Positions 8,397 to 18,194 of a stretch of DNA of 64,000 nucleotides are shown one piece after another. A model generated the notes under the pieces. That model was not told where the DNA came from. It searched no databases and saw nothing but the letters and a program-made list of their open reading frames with translations. A program made the position numbers and the translations under genes. Positions within the stretch are counted from its first letter, which is position 1. Every line of letters begins with the position of its first letter. The stretch comes from Candidatus Poribacteria bacterium (GTDB lineage Bacteria > Poribacteria > WGA-4E > GCA-2687025): NCBI GenBank assembly GCA_028818695.1, contig JAPPNK010000020.1, forward strand, positions 64,632 through 128,631, written 5' to 3'.

Positions 8397-9845
8397 TTAA
8401 AAAAGCGTTTGTTTCATGAGGCGGCCTGTGTAAGGATCCGCCATCGGCGGCAAGGGGCATGGTCGATCATTGAAAAACTCCTCGATTGACCAGAGGCTTA
8501 GGCGCGGATACGCTTGTCCGCGGACGAGAATGTCGCCCAATGCGGCTGCGTTTGCCCTTGCGCTCGGGGAGGTGACGGTTTCTAGCGTAATGAAGCGGCC
8601 GATAGCCGCCTTATCGCGTTCAACAACGCCTATAAAATCGCGCAGGCTGCTGATATTAAACCGCCCGCCTTTGACCTGCGCCAACGCCAGTTTCGATTCC
8701 CAATTGTCAGGTTGGTCGTATAACGTGGCGCGTCCGTCCACGCCTCCGTCGGCGACCTGCTTTGTATTCGGGATGAATCCTGACAATCGGTTAACCGCCC
8801 ATGCTTCAAATTCAAAAGGCGTTTCCTTTGCCATTTTTTGCGCCGACACAAAATCCGCCGGGATCCCATGAACCGGGATCGTCAAGTCCTGCATACGCCG
8901 CTCGCGTATCATGTCGATGGCAAAGGAGCTGATGTCGACGCCCGCCCATTTTCTTTTGAGGCGGTCAGCCGCCTCCATTGCAGTGCCGCAACCGCAGAAC
9001 GGATCTAAAACGATGTCGCCTTCATTGGACGACGCCTTGATGATTCGCTCTAACAAAGACAGCGGCTTCTGCGTCGGATAGCCCGTTTTTTCTTTTGCCA
9101 TTGGGTTGACGGGGAAAATGTCTGTCCAAATATCCGATACGGGCTTACCTTTGGACGAATCTAGGTACTGTTTTCGGTTCCCAACTTGTAGCCGGTACCT
9201 GCGTCCGTCTTCATCCGTATGTTTGAAACGTCTTGCGATATACTCTTCCGTGTACGGTATGTACTGACGGTTATGCGTAAATTTTTTACTGGCGGCGTAA
9301 TTGAAAATTATATCGTGCCCGGGGACGAATTTTTGCCCGCCCGCCTTTCCTCCCGACGCTGTGCTTCTTTGCCAGACAATTTCATTTCTATAATTCGCTT
9401 TTCCGAATACTGCGTCCATGAGCAATTTTAAGCAGTGGCTCGCAGTTGGGTCGCAGTGGAGGTAAATGGAGCCTGTCGGTTTCAGAATGCGCTGCATTTC
9501 TTCAAGGCGTTCCGCCATATAGGTCAGGTATGCCAGCATGCCGCTCTCACCCAGCGCATGCCACAACCCGACAATCGCCTTATGCGCAGGACGTCCAACC
9601 GCATCTCGGAACCCGTTGTATCGAACGGCTGCAGCCTTATCCCAGTACCAGGTGTCTTTGAACGCCTGGTATTGCGCCTTGCCCGCGCCCTTTGTCCCGA
9701 AGAGAATGCTGTAATTCGCGTTGGAATTGAACGGCGGATCCAGGTAAATCAGGTCGACGCAGTCCGCGTCCCATTTCCGCATCCAGTCGAGACAATCGCC
9801 GTAGTAGAGGCTGTTGGGTTGAAGCTGATTCCCGCCGTAAGACAT
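8397..9845 (-). CDS. Beta-class N6-adenine/N4-cytosine DNA methyltransferase (PF01555-like) fused to a C-terminal Mrr-like PD-(D/E)xK domain
   Basis: 482 aa; motif IV LIYLDPPFNS precedes motif I VLDPFCGCGTA (beta-class order); C-terminal 150 aa has Mrr_cat-like FEAWAV...DGGVDG...AQVK...GRFITL pattern. Confidence 0.8.
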   Translation of the reverse strand: MSYGGNQLQPNSLYYGDCLDWMRKWDADCVDLIYLDPPFNSNANYSILFGTKGAGKAQYQAFKDTWYWDKAAAVRYNGFRDAVGRPAHKAIVGLWHALGESGMLAYLTYMAERLEEMQRILKPTGSIYLHCDPTASHCLKLLMDAVFGKANYRNEIVWQRSTASGGKAGGQKFVPGHDIIFNYAASKKFTHNRQYIPYTEEYIARRFKHTDEDGRRYRLQVGNRKQYLDSSKGKPVSDIWTDIFPVNPMAKEKTGYPTQKPLSLLERIIKASSNEGDIVLDPFCGCGTAMEAADRLKRKWAGVDISSFAIDMIRERRMQDLTIPVHGIPADFVSAQKMAKETPFEFEAWAVNRLSGFIPNTKQVADGGVDGRATLYDQPDNWESKLALAQVKGGRFNISSLRDFIGVVERDKAAIGRFITLETVTSPSARANAAALGDILVRGQAYPRLSLWSIEEFFNDRPCPLPPMADPYTGRLMKQTLF

Positions 9846-10036
9846 GCCCGAATCCTTTTCTAAGTCGCGCGTTCATCGTACCACAGAGCCGCCAAAGACG
9901 GCAACTATTTTGACTGACCCCGCGCCTTAAGTTAGGACATGTCGGCGTACGAGCAATCTCCAAAGGTCAGAGGTTGCAGATCAGCGCGGCGCGCGCTAGA
10001 ATAAGCCCGTCTGGATGCGGCGCGGGCGTCTCTATC

Positions 10037-12433
10037 ATGGATTTTCCGAAGGGGCGGTCTTTTAGTTTGAGAATGTTGTTGCCGTTTAGGGTTGGCGTCG
10101 CCCTCTCCTTGCTCTGTTTCTTTGCGCCGGCGTTGGGTCTGCGCGCCGAAGAGGATCTAGAGGATCTCTACGTTGCGCGGTGCGTCTTCTATTCGGACGG
10201 GCGCGTCGTCCGTTTTGACCGCATGCCGATTGTGGCGCGTCTTGGAAAAACGCCTCCGAGCGTGGACGCGGAGCGGTTTGAAAAGGCGTTTCATGAAGCG
10301 GCTAAGATCTGGGAAGAAGCGTCGGGCGGCGTCGTCCGCTTTCGATTTGCGGACGATTCGGAGGAGCATGTGGACCTGCCTGTCGCTTGGATCACGCATC
10401 TTCCTGGGCGCGGGCGGGAGCGTCATCTTGGCAGGGCGGTTCTCTCGCGTTTGACGGGAAGCCCGGACAGCTTCCATGTCAAAATGGAGATTGGCGTCTA
10501 TGACCGGGAGTCGGGGCGCGAGCTGACAGACCAGGAGGCGTTGACCGTCTGCCTGCATGAGTTAGGGCATGCGATCGGGCTTTGGGGTCACAGCGACCGT
10601 GAAGAAGATATTATGTCGCCCGCTTCTGCCGCGCCCGCCCCGACTCAGCGCGACGCGGACACCCTGCGCGCCATTTATGAAATGCCGGTGAACGCGCCGC
10701 TGCATGAGCCGGCGATGCGGGAGCTGCGCGGCGAGATCGAAGAGCGGCCGGACGATCCCGCCCCGCGCTATCTTCTTGGGTCTGTCGCGCTGGACGCGGA
10801 GCGGTACGACGAGGCGGTTGAGGCGCTTCAAGCGGCGCTGAAGATAGACCGATTTCACATGGCAGCGGGCGAAAAACTTGTCATGGCGTATCTCGAGGCG
10901 GAGCGGTATGACGAAGCGGCGCGTCAGCTTTACGACGGGCCGCTTTTCAGCGCGGAGCTGTATAACAACGCCGGCATTGTGTTCGCTGAGAAAGAAGCCT
11001 CCGAAGACGCTCTCAAGGCGTTTCAACAAGCTCTCGATCTGAAACCGACGATGGAAGCGGCGCGGCGAAATCTTGCGCGGGTTTATGCGCGTATCGGGGT
11101 GGACAAGATCAAAGCGGAGGAAACGAAAGCGGCGTACGACGCCTTTCGGCAGGCTTGGGAGCTGGACAAGCGCGCCGCCTATGGGCTTCAGCTGGGTTCA
11201 ACGCTGGGCTTGATGAAACGGCATCTGGAAGCCGCGCGCGTCTATAAGCAGGTTTTGGGGGAGTTTCCCGACAATCGGGACGCGCGGATGAACCTAGCCG
11301 CCGCTTATAACAATCTGGGCGTGGGCGCCAGCGAAAAAAAGCAGTGGGAAAGAGCGCTCCGCTACTTTGATCAAGCCTCCGAAGCGGACCCCGATTTTGA
11401 AATGAGCGTTCAGAATCGCCTTGCGGCCCTCTGGCAATGGGCGTCTTCTTTAGAAACGGCGAACCCGGCAAAGGCGGTCAGCTTATACCAAGAATATCTC
11501 TCTGCGGTTCCGAGCGCCTGGGAGGCGCATGCGCAGATCGGAATGATTTACAGCCGGGCGGAGGCGCACGATAAAGCGGCGAAGGCGTATGAAGAGGCGC
11601 TGCGCCTGAACCCCGACCGGGAGACGGTTCGGCGCAACCTTGCCATCGTCTATTACAAACGCGCAAATCAGCTGTTGGAATCGGGGCTGAGCGAAGAGGC
11701 GGCGGCGTATTTTTTACAATCGATCCAAACGGATGCGAGCCTCGCCGGTCCGTATCAGGGGCTGGCGGCGGCGTATGTGAGGTCGGACAAATGGACGGAG
11801 GCGGCAAACGCCCTAGAAGAAGCGCTGCGCCGTAAACCGGACGACGAATGGGCGCGCAAATGGCTTTCTGCCGCGGCGATTGAGCTCGGAAATGCGGCTG
11901 TTGCGCGGGAAGATTTTGAAGCCGCTGTACGGGAGTTTGAACGCGCGCCCCTTGAAACGCGCGACGCGCGCGTGAACGGCATGCTTGGCTTTCTTTACAC
12001 GAAGTTAGAACGGTATGATCGGGCGGTTGATTCGCTTGGACGCGCGTTGCTGGCAAATCCGAAGAATGAATCGTTTCGGAATAATCTGGAGTTCAACAGA
12101 AGAGCGGTCAAAGACATTTTGAAGCGCGACAAGTCGTTCCGATGGCGCAGCGTATGGATACGTTTGGAGGCGTACCGCCTCGCCTCTTTGATCGGAAGTA
12201 AGATGAAAAAGGGCGATCTGGAGAAGTTTGACCGGTTCCTACAGATAGAGCTGGAGGCGGAGGAGAAAGACGCCGAGGAGGTCGCATTGACTGTCGGAGC
12301 GATACAGGATTGCGCTTTGTTTGCCGCAGAGAAGGGGCGCGCGTCTTATCCGGGGCTGGCGCGCGGGATTGCCGTTAAAGCGCTGCGGTATGATCGCCGG
12401 CATGAGGGGTTGGCGCAGTTTTTGGGGGAATAG
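10037..12433 (+). CDS. Secreted metzincin-like zinc metalloprotease domain fused to tetratricopeptide (TPR) repeats
   Basis: Signal-peptide-like N-terminus; HELGHAIGLWGH (HExxHxxGxxH) with downstream Met; multiple TPR-like repeats in the C-terminal 550 aa. Track ORF starts at TTG 9974; ATG at 10037 preferred. Confidence 0.7.
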   Translation: MDFPKGRSFSLRMLLPFRVGVALSLLCFFAPALGLRAEEDLEDLYVARCVFYSDGRVVRFDRMPIVARLGKTPPSVDAERFEKAFHEAAKIWEEASGGVVRFRFADDSEEHVDLPVAWITHLPGRGRERHLGRAVLSRLTGSPDSFHVKMEIGVYDRESGRELTDQEALTVCLHELGHAIGLWGHSDREEDIMSPASAAPAPTQRDADTLRAIYEMPVNAPLHEPAMRELRGEIEERPDDPAPRYLLGSVALDAERYDEAVEALQAALKIDRFHMAAGEKLVMAYLEAERYDEAARQLYDGPLFSAELYNNAGIVFAEKEASEDALKAFQQALDLKPTMEAARRNLARVYARIGVDKIKAEETKAAYDAFRQAWELDKRAAYGLQLGSTLGLMKRHLEAARVYKQVLGEFPDNRDARMNLAAAYNNLGVGASEKKQWERALRYFDQASEADPDFEMSVQNRLAALWQWASSLETANPAKAVSLYQEYLSAVPSAWEAHAQIGMIYSRAEAHDKAAKAYEEALRLNPDRETVRRNLAIVYYKRANQLLESGLSEEAAAYFLQSIQTDASLAGPYQGLAAAYVRSDKWTEAANALEEALRRKPDDEWARKWLSAAAIELGNAAVAREDFEAAVREFERAPLETRDARVNGMLGFLYTKLERYDRAVDSLGRALLANPKNESFRNNLEFNRRAVKDILKRDKSFRWRSVWIRLEAYRLASLIGSKMKKGDLEKFDRFLQIELEAEEKDAEEVALTVGAIQDCALFAAEKGRASYPGLARGIAVKALRYDRRHEGLAQFLGE

Positions 12434-12574
12434 GCGTTTTTCCGCGAACGCTTATACCTTAGCCGCTGTCCGCATTCCCATTCAAAATTGTTCTAACTCA
12501 GGGACAAGGTCGGGCAATGCGCCTTGCCTCAAGGCGTAGAAGCGGCTACTATCTCATGCAGAATCGGACAAGTC

Positions 12575-12661
12575 GGGCGGGTGGTGGAAATGGCAGACAC
12601 GATAGATTTAGGATCTATTGGGCGAAAGCCTGTAAGGGTTCAAGTCCCTTCTCGCCCACCA
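12575..12661 (+). tRNA. tRNA-Leu (anticodon UAG), type II with long variable arm
   Basis: 87 nt cloverleaf folded by hand: 7-bp acceptor stem GGGCGGG/CTCGCCC (one GU), anticodon stem ATAGA/TCTAT, loop TTTAGGA (U33, anticodon TAG, G37), long variable arm, T-arm AAGGG-TTCAAGT-CCCTT, encoded ACCA 3' end. Confidence 0.9.
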
Positions 12662-12683
12662 ACGCGGCCCTGGAGGGGTACCT

Positions 12684-13901
12684 TTGAAAGTTGATATTGA
12701 AACGGTCGACGCGGTCGGACGAAAACTGCATATCGCGCTCCCAGCGAACGATTTGCGTCAGGAGCTGGACCGAAAACTCGCCGACCTGCGCAAAGCGATA
12801 CAGCTGCCCGGCTTTAGACCGAACCGCGTTCCGATCTCCATTGTCCGATCGCGGTACGGCAAACAGGTCGAAAATGAAACGATATGGAGCGCCGCTGTCA
12901 AGGCTGTTGAAGAGGCTATTGAACGCCATCAGCTCAAGGTCGTCAGCGAGTTTAGCTTTGAGCCTGATCCGGAAGAGATGAGCCTCCCTGCGGAAGGCGA
13001 CCTGCGCTTCACGGCAAGGGTCGAAGTGAGGCCCCCCATTCACATACCGCCGTACAACACGTTCGCCATCGACAAAAGCCCCGTCAACGTGACGCCCGAA
13101 GAGGTGGAAGAGGAGCTGGAATCGATACGCCGATCCTGGTCCGAATTCAAGCCGATTGAAGAGGAAAGACCGGCGCAGAAGGGCGACTCGGTTCTGCTCA
13201 TCTTGGACAATCTGGAAGAGGACCAGACATCTGAAGCGCAAGAGGTTTGGTTGGAACTGGACGACAGCGCTCCTCCAGAATTGTTGGAAGCGGCGGTCGG
13301 AATGAACATCGGAAGCCATAAGCTGATCAATCTTCGCGACAAGGACGAAAACGAGATACGCCATTATGTGGAGTTGAAGCAGATCGCCAAGAGAGAAGAC
13401 GCGGAGCTGGACGACGCGATGGCTCAAAAGATTGGTTACCAAACGCTTGACATCCTCCGAGGGCAGGTGTGGAACCGGATGATTGAGCAGCGGGAGCAGG
13501 AGCAAAAGAGCAGCCAAACAGATGAGCTTTTCGATCAACTGCTGGAGCGCATCGAGTGCAGCGTCCCGGATCTTCTGATTGATCGGGCTCTTCAGAACAT
13601 GAGAAGCCATGATCTCCCCGTCAGAGCAGACGATGAAGCGCGGCGTCAAGTTGAGCGGATGATACGGCGGGAATGGATACTGGAGGAGATCGCCGAGAAG
13701 GAGGGTATTGAGATTTCCGAGGAAGAAGCGGCAGCCAATGCCCGCGACGAGGCGCGCCGCCGCCAAGAGGACCCTGATGAATACATAAAGGCTTTGCGCG
13801 AATCGGACGACTGGGACAGTTATGTCAACATTGTTCAGTTTGAGCGGATCGTTGATCTGCTCATTGAACGCGCGTCTCAAAAAGGAATCATCACCCCATA
13901 G
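12684..13901 (+). CDS. tig: Trigger factor
   Basis: 405 aa; typical trigger factor N-terminus (MKVDIETVDAVGRKLHIALPANDL...GFRPNRVP), PPIase and C-terminal arm; conserved tig-clpP-clpX order; GGAGGGG RBS; TTG start. Confidence 0.9.
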   Translation: MKVDIETVDAVGRKLHIALPANDLRQELDRKLADLRKAIQLPGFRPNRVPISIVRSRYGKQVENETIWSAAVKAVEEAIERHQLKVVSEFSFEPDPEEMSLPAEGDLRFTARVEVRPPIHIPPYNTFAIDKSPVNVTPEEVEEELESIRRSWSEFKPIEEERPAQKGDSVLLILDNLEEDQTSEAQEVWLELDDSAPPELLEAAVGMNIGSHKLINLRDKDENEIRHYVELKQIAKREDAELDDAMAQKIGYQTLDILRGQVWNRMIEQREQEQKSSQTDELFDQLLERIECSVPDLLIDRALQNMRSHDLPVRADDEARRQVERMIRREWILEEIAEKEGIEISEEEAAANARDEARRRQEDPDEYIKALRESDDWDSYVNIVQFERIVDLLIERASQKGIITP

Positions 13902-13924
13902 CCCGCTTTTGAAAGGGACTTGCT

Positions 13925-14506
13925 GTGTCGCTCGTGCCGATGGTCATAGAACAAACGACGCGCGGTGAACGCGCCTATGATATTTTTTCCCGTCTGCTGA
14001 AAGACCGCATCATCATCATCGGGACGGGAATCACCGACGAGATGGCGAATATTGTTGTCGCCCAGATGCTTTTCTTGGAGATGGAGGATCCGAACGCCGA
14101 CATCACCCTCTACATCAACACCCCAGGCGGTTCCGTGACGGCGGGAATGTCCATCTACGACACGATGCAATTTGTGAAGCCTGATGTGCAGACATGGTGC
14201 GTCGGCATGGCGTACAGCATGGGGGCGGTTCTTTTGACGGCGGGGGCGGAAGGAAAGCGGTTTGCGCTGCCCCATTCAACGACATTGATTCATCAGCCGC
14301 TTGGCGGCATTCGGGGGCAAGCCTCCGACATCAGCATTCACGCCGAAGAGATTCTGCGCGTCAAACGCGAAATCACCGGCATCCTAGCGCGCCATACAGG
14401 CCAGCCCATTGAGCGCATTGAACGCGACTCGGACCGCGACTTTTATATGACAGCGGAGCAAGCCAAAGAGTACGGTCTGATCGATGAAATTGTGCGCCAA
14501 CGATAA
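13925..14506 (+). CDS. clpP: ATP-dependent Clp protease proteolytic subunit
   Basis: 193 aa; [29 protein letters not shown]-terminus, active-site Ser in MAYSMGA and His in IHQP. Confidence 0.95.
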   Translation: MSLVPMVIEQTTRGERAYDIFSRLLKDRIIIIGTGITDEMANIVVAQMLFLEMEDPNADITLYINTPGGSVTAGMSIYDTMQFVKPDVQTWCVGMAYSMGAVLLTAGAEGKRFALPHSTTLIHQPLGGIRGQASDISIHAEEILRVKREITGILARHTGQPIERIERDSDRDFYMTAEQAKEYGLIDEIVRQR

Positions 14507-14520
14507 GCAGGAGCAGTAAG

Positions 14521-15777
14521 ATGTCTGAAAAACAGGGCGTCTGTTCGTTTTGCGGCAAGTCGGAAAATGAGCTGATCCGCTCCCCCGCTTCGCCGGAGGC
14601 GACCATCTGCGCAGTGTGCGTCGCCGTCTGCAACGAGTTTTTGAACGACCCGGAGCGTCTGACGAGCCAACCGCACGAGAAAAAGACGCACTCCCCGCCG
14701 GAGCGGTTGTCGCCCCCCGTCGAAATCAAAGAGTTTCTTGACCAGTATGTGATCGGGCAGGAACACGCTAAAATCGCGCTTGCCGTCGCTGTTTACAACC
14801 ATTACAAGCGCATTCAGAGCGGCGGCGACAGCTCCGACGTTGAGCTGGAGAAGAGCAACATTCTGCTGATTGGACCGACGGGAGTCGGCAAAACGCTTTT
14901 GGCGCAGACGCTGGCGCGCGCGCTGAATGTGTCGTTCACCATCGCCGACGCCACCTCTCTGACCGAGGCAGGCTATGTCGGCGAAGATGTTGAAAACATT
15001 ATTCTCAAACTGCTGCAAGCCTCCGATTTTGACGTGGACCGCGCCGAAACCGGCATCATCTATCTGGACGAGATCGACAAGATCGCCAGCAAGTCGGAAA
15101 ACCCCTCCATCACCCGCGACGTCTCCGGCGAAGGCGTCCAGCAGGCGCTGTTGAAAATTTTGGAAGGCTCTATCGCCAATGTGCCGCCGCAGGGCGGACG
15201 CAAGCATCCGCATCAGGAGTTCATTCAGGTCGACACCTCGCGCATACTGTTTATTGCGGGCGGAACCTTCACAGGGCTAGAAAAGATTATTGAGCAGCGG
15301 CTTGGGCGGAAGTCGCTCGGTTTTGGCGCCGAGCTGCGCGACCGCGTCCATGACGGCGTCGGAGCCTCGCTGGCGCAGGCGGAACCGAGAGACCTTGTGA
15401 GATTCGGCTTCATACCGGAGCTGATTGGGCGGCTGCCCGTTGTGGCAAATCTGTATGAGCTGGATGAAGACGCGCTCGTTCAGATACTCACAGAGCCGAA
15501 AAACGCCCTTGTGAAGCAGTATCAGAAGTTCTTTGAATACGAGGATGTGAAGTTGACGATACCCGACGACGCTCTGCGCGAAATTGCCCGACAGGCGATT
15601 CTACGCGAAACAGGCGCCCGAGGGCTTCGCTCCGTCATGGAAAAAGCGATGCTGAATATAATGTACCGCCTGCCGTCGCTTTCAGGCGTTCAGGAGTGCG
15701 TCATCGGACCGGGAGTCGTGAGCGGAAACGAGGAGCCGTCGCTCATCTACAAAGACGATGAAGCCCTGTCAGCATAA
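14521..15777 (+). CDS. clpX: ATP-dependent Clp protease ATP-binding subunit ClpX
   Basis: 418 aa; zinc-binding N-domain CSFCGK...CAVC, Walker A GPTGVGKT, sensor motifs. Confidence 0.95.
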   Translation: MSEKQGVCSFCGKSENELIRSPASPEATICAVCVAVCNEFLNDPERLTSQPHEKKTHSPPERLSPPVEIKEFLDQYVIGQEHAKIALAVAVYNHYKRIQSGGDSSDVELEKSNILLIGPTGVGKTLLAQTLARALNVSFTIADATSLTEAGYVGEDVENIILKLLQASDFDVDRAETGIIYLDEIDKIASKSENPSITRDVSGEGVQQALLKILEGSIANVPPQGGRKHPHQEFIQVDTSRILFIAGGTFTGLEKIIEQRLGRKSLGFGAELRDRVHDGVGASLAQAEPRDLVRFGFIPELIGRLPVVANLYELDEDALVQILTEPKNALVKQYQKFFEYEDVKLTIPDDALREIARQAILRETGARGLRSVMEKAMLNIMYRLPSLSGVQECVIGPGVVSGNEEPSLIYKDDEALSA

Positions 15778-15783
15778 GGACTG

Positions 15784-15826
15784 GGGAAACTTTAGACCGC
15801 TGGAGCGCGGGGATCTAAAGTTTCCC
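15784..15826. terminator. Putative bidirectional terminator hairpin between convergent clpX and lipoprotein genes
   Basis: Perfect 13-bp inverted repeat GGGAAACTTTAGA ... TCTAAAGTTTCCC with about 17-nt loop, directly after the clpX stop; no clear U-run. Confidence 0.45.
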
Positions 15827-15842
15827 GCGAGACGACGGCTGA

Positions 15843-17078
15843 TCAACCGCCCTGTTCCTTCAAGGCGATCTTGTTGAGAATGTCGCCTAGGATGCTCTGG
15901 ACTTGCGACGCAGTCTCTTTGCGGTAGAAATCGTCCAGGTCGTAGAGCTGGTTTTCCGACAACTTCCATATCACCCGTTCATCGCCGATGATGCGCGAGA
16001 GCCGTTGTCGCCGCCTCCAGTGGTCGTTCTCCTGCTTTTTCATCAGGGCGTTTAAGGTTGGTTCGATGGCGGCCGCTTCAAAACCGGCGATCGTCTCCAC
16101 CATCTTGTCGACAACCCTGTTGTTTTTTTCCTTCTGTAAAGCGTCCACAAGGGCGCTGATCGTTGAGCGTCCGTTTCCGTGTTTTTGGACGGCTTGAACG
16201 ATACTCTCCCGCACCAACTCATCCTCATCGGACAGCCGCTCGATGATCTTCGACGCGGGGGGTTTCCTGTCCAAGAATTGCAGCGCATGCGCCGCAGCGC
16301 GCCTCGCCAGCAGGTCCTTTGAGTCGAGATTGTCGAGAATAAAGTTGCGTTCGCCCTTTTCGCCTAGGTTGTACAGCGCGGCGGACGCTTCCGTACGCAT
16401 CCCCGCTGGAGCGGCTTCATTCTCTCGCAGCGATTTCAAGAACGGAATCGACTGGTTGTCCGCCACATGCCCCAGAACGCGCACGAGTTCCGATTTCTCT
16501 TGCGCGTTGTATGAATCGGATTGTACCGCTTCTTTGAGGCCTGCAGTCGATTTCGGGCCGATGCGCACCAGGACGCGCTGTACCTTCCGCCGCACAAGCG
16601 GCTTATGGTAGGATTTGATCAGCTCAGGAACGCAGCTTTCGCTCAAAACGACGAGAGCGCCTTCGGCCGATTCGGAAAGAAAATCTTGACGGTTCAGAAT
16701 TATGACCATGCTTTGTACCGCCGAGGGGTCTTGGCGCACCTCATTGATGGCTTTGTCCCGCATGTCGGCGAATTTTTTTGCTTCCGAGGGGATGTTCTTC
16801 ACCTTCTTGGCCGCGCGGTCGTACGCCACCGCCAGATAGGCGCGCGCGCTAGACCGTGTATTCGGTTCTTTCTCGATCGATTTCTGAAAATCTTTAGCCG
16901 CCTGCGCCGCGCTGCCGTTGATCAGCTGTTTTTTACCAACATTATAATATGTGAAATCGGTTCGCTTGCATTCGCAGCCGATCAGCGTCATGGAGAGAGC
17001 CATAACAGCGGCGATCGCGATTCGACCCGACTGACGGAGCCATCCGGAGCCGGGCAATTTACCTACCTGCACTTGCAT
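15843..17078 (-). CDS. HEAT-repeat lipoprotein, function unknown
   Basis: 411 aa; lipobox-like N-terminus (LIGCEC); repetitive alpha-helical segments resembling HEAT repeats. Confidence 0.55.
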   Translation of the reverse strand: MQVQVGKLPGSGWLRQSGRIAIAAVMALSMTLIGCECKRTDFTYYNVGKKQLINGSAAQAAKDFQKSIEKEPNTRSSARAYLAVAYDRAAKKVKNIPSEAKKFADMRDKAINEVRQDPSAVQSMVIILNRQDFLSESAEGALVVLSESCVPELIKSYHKPLVRRKVQRVLVRIGPKSTAGLKEAVQSDSYNAQEKSELVRVLGHVADNQSIPFLKSLRENEAAPAGMRTEASAALYNLGEKGERNFILDNLDSKDLLARRAAAHALQFLDRKPPASKIIERLSDEDELVRESIVQAVQKHGNGRSTISALVDALQKEKNNRVVDKMVETIAGFEAAAIEPTLNALMKKQENDHWRRRQRLSRIIGDERVIWKLSENQLYDLDDFYRKETASQVQSILGDILNKIALKEQGG

Positions 17079-18153
17079 ATCCTTTCTTTTCCCTGCGCGA
17101 GCGAGCGCGCTTCTGTGTGGAACCTTCGGTTGAGGCGCGCAGCTGTCCGCATGCCGCCTCTATATCTTGACCCTTGGTTTTGCGGACGGTCGCTCCAATG
17201 CCGCCGTCCAGCATAATCCGTTGAAACTTCAACACGGACGAAGCGCGCGGTCGGACATAGGAACTCCCAGGGATTGGATTGAACGGTATCAGATTTACTT
17301 TCGACGGGATATCGCGCAGCAGCTGACGCAGACGATAAGCGTCTTCAGCTGTATCATTCACATCGCGTATCATCGCATATTCTATCGTTAAACGCCGTTT
17401 CGAAGCCTTGATCCATTCCAGGCACGCTGCCAACACATTTGCAATAGTATAGCGCCTGTTGGATGGAATCAAATCATTGCGCGTCTCATCGGTCGTCGCG
17501 TTGAGAGACAGCGCCAGACCCGCCTTCAACTTCTCACGCGCAAAACGGCGAATCGCCGGCGCTAAACCTGACGTCGACACGGTGATCTTGCGCGCTCCGA
17601 GCGCAAACCCCTCCGGATGCGATAGGACGCGCAGCGCGGTCATCAAATTTTTGTAGTTCGCCAGAGGCTCCCCCATGCCCATGAACACCATGTTCGTCAA
17701 AGAATCGCGCCCGACCCGGCGGGACGCCTCCAGCGCCTGCCCCAAGATCTCTCCCGCCGTCATATTGCGCCGCAGCCCCAAAAGAGCCGTTGCGCAAAAC
17801 GAGCATTTTTGACCGCAGCCTACCTGACTCGAGACGCACAGCGTCAGGCGGGAGCCGTCCGGTATCAGCACCGACTCGATCTGCTCCCCGTCCTGCAGCT
17901 CCATCAGATATTTTGTCGTTCCATCGGGAGAAACCCGCTCCGCGGCGACTTTCAACACTGACAGCGAGGCGGTCTTTGACAGCTCCTGCCGCCATGCTTT
18001 CGGCAAATTTGTCATTTCGGAAAAATCGACCGCTCCGCGCCTGTAGATCCATTGGTACAGCTGTCGGCCGCGGTATGCAGGCTGGCCGTTCTCTTCAGCC
18101 CACCGCTCCATCTCTTCTATGCTCATGCCGACTAAGGCGGTTGTGGCGTTCAT
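17059..18153 (-). CDS. rlmN: 23S rRNA (adenine2503-C2)-methyltransferase RlmN (radical SAM)
   Basis: Radical SAM cluster motif CGQKCSFC, typical RlmN N- and C-terminal blocks; start at internal Met MNATTAL. Confidence 0.9.
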   Translation of the reverse strand: MNATTALVGMSIEEMERWAEENGQPAYRGRQLYQWIYRRGAVDFSEMTNLPKAWRQELSKTASLSVLKVAAERVSPDGTTKYLMELQDGEQIESVLIPDGSRLTLCVSSQVGCGQKCSFCATALLGLRRNMTAGEILGQALEASRRVGRDSLTNMVFMGMGEPLANYKNLMTALRVLSHPEGFALGARKITVSTSGLAPAIRRFAREKLKAGLALSLNATTDETRNDLIPSNRRYTIANVLAACLEWIKASKRRLTIEYAMIRDVNDTAEDAYRLRQLLRDIPSKVNLIPFNPIPGSSYVRPRASSVLKFQRIMLDGGIGATVRKTKGQDIEAACGQLRASTEGSTQKRARSRREKKGYASAGR

Positions 18154-18194
18154 GCGGACGTCGCGTTCTCCTTCGTTTCGTCTCACCGCTGTTA

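Noticed and set aside
12615-13880. 421-aa minus-strand ORF
   Set aside because: Lies antisense across the tRNA-Leu and the whole trigger factor gene; no motif; GC-rich frame artefact.
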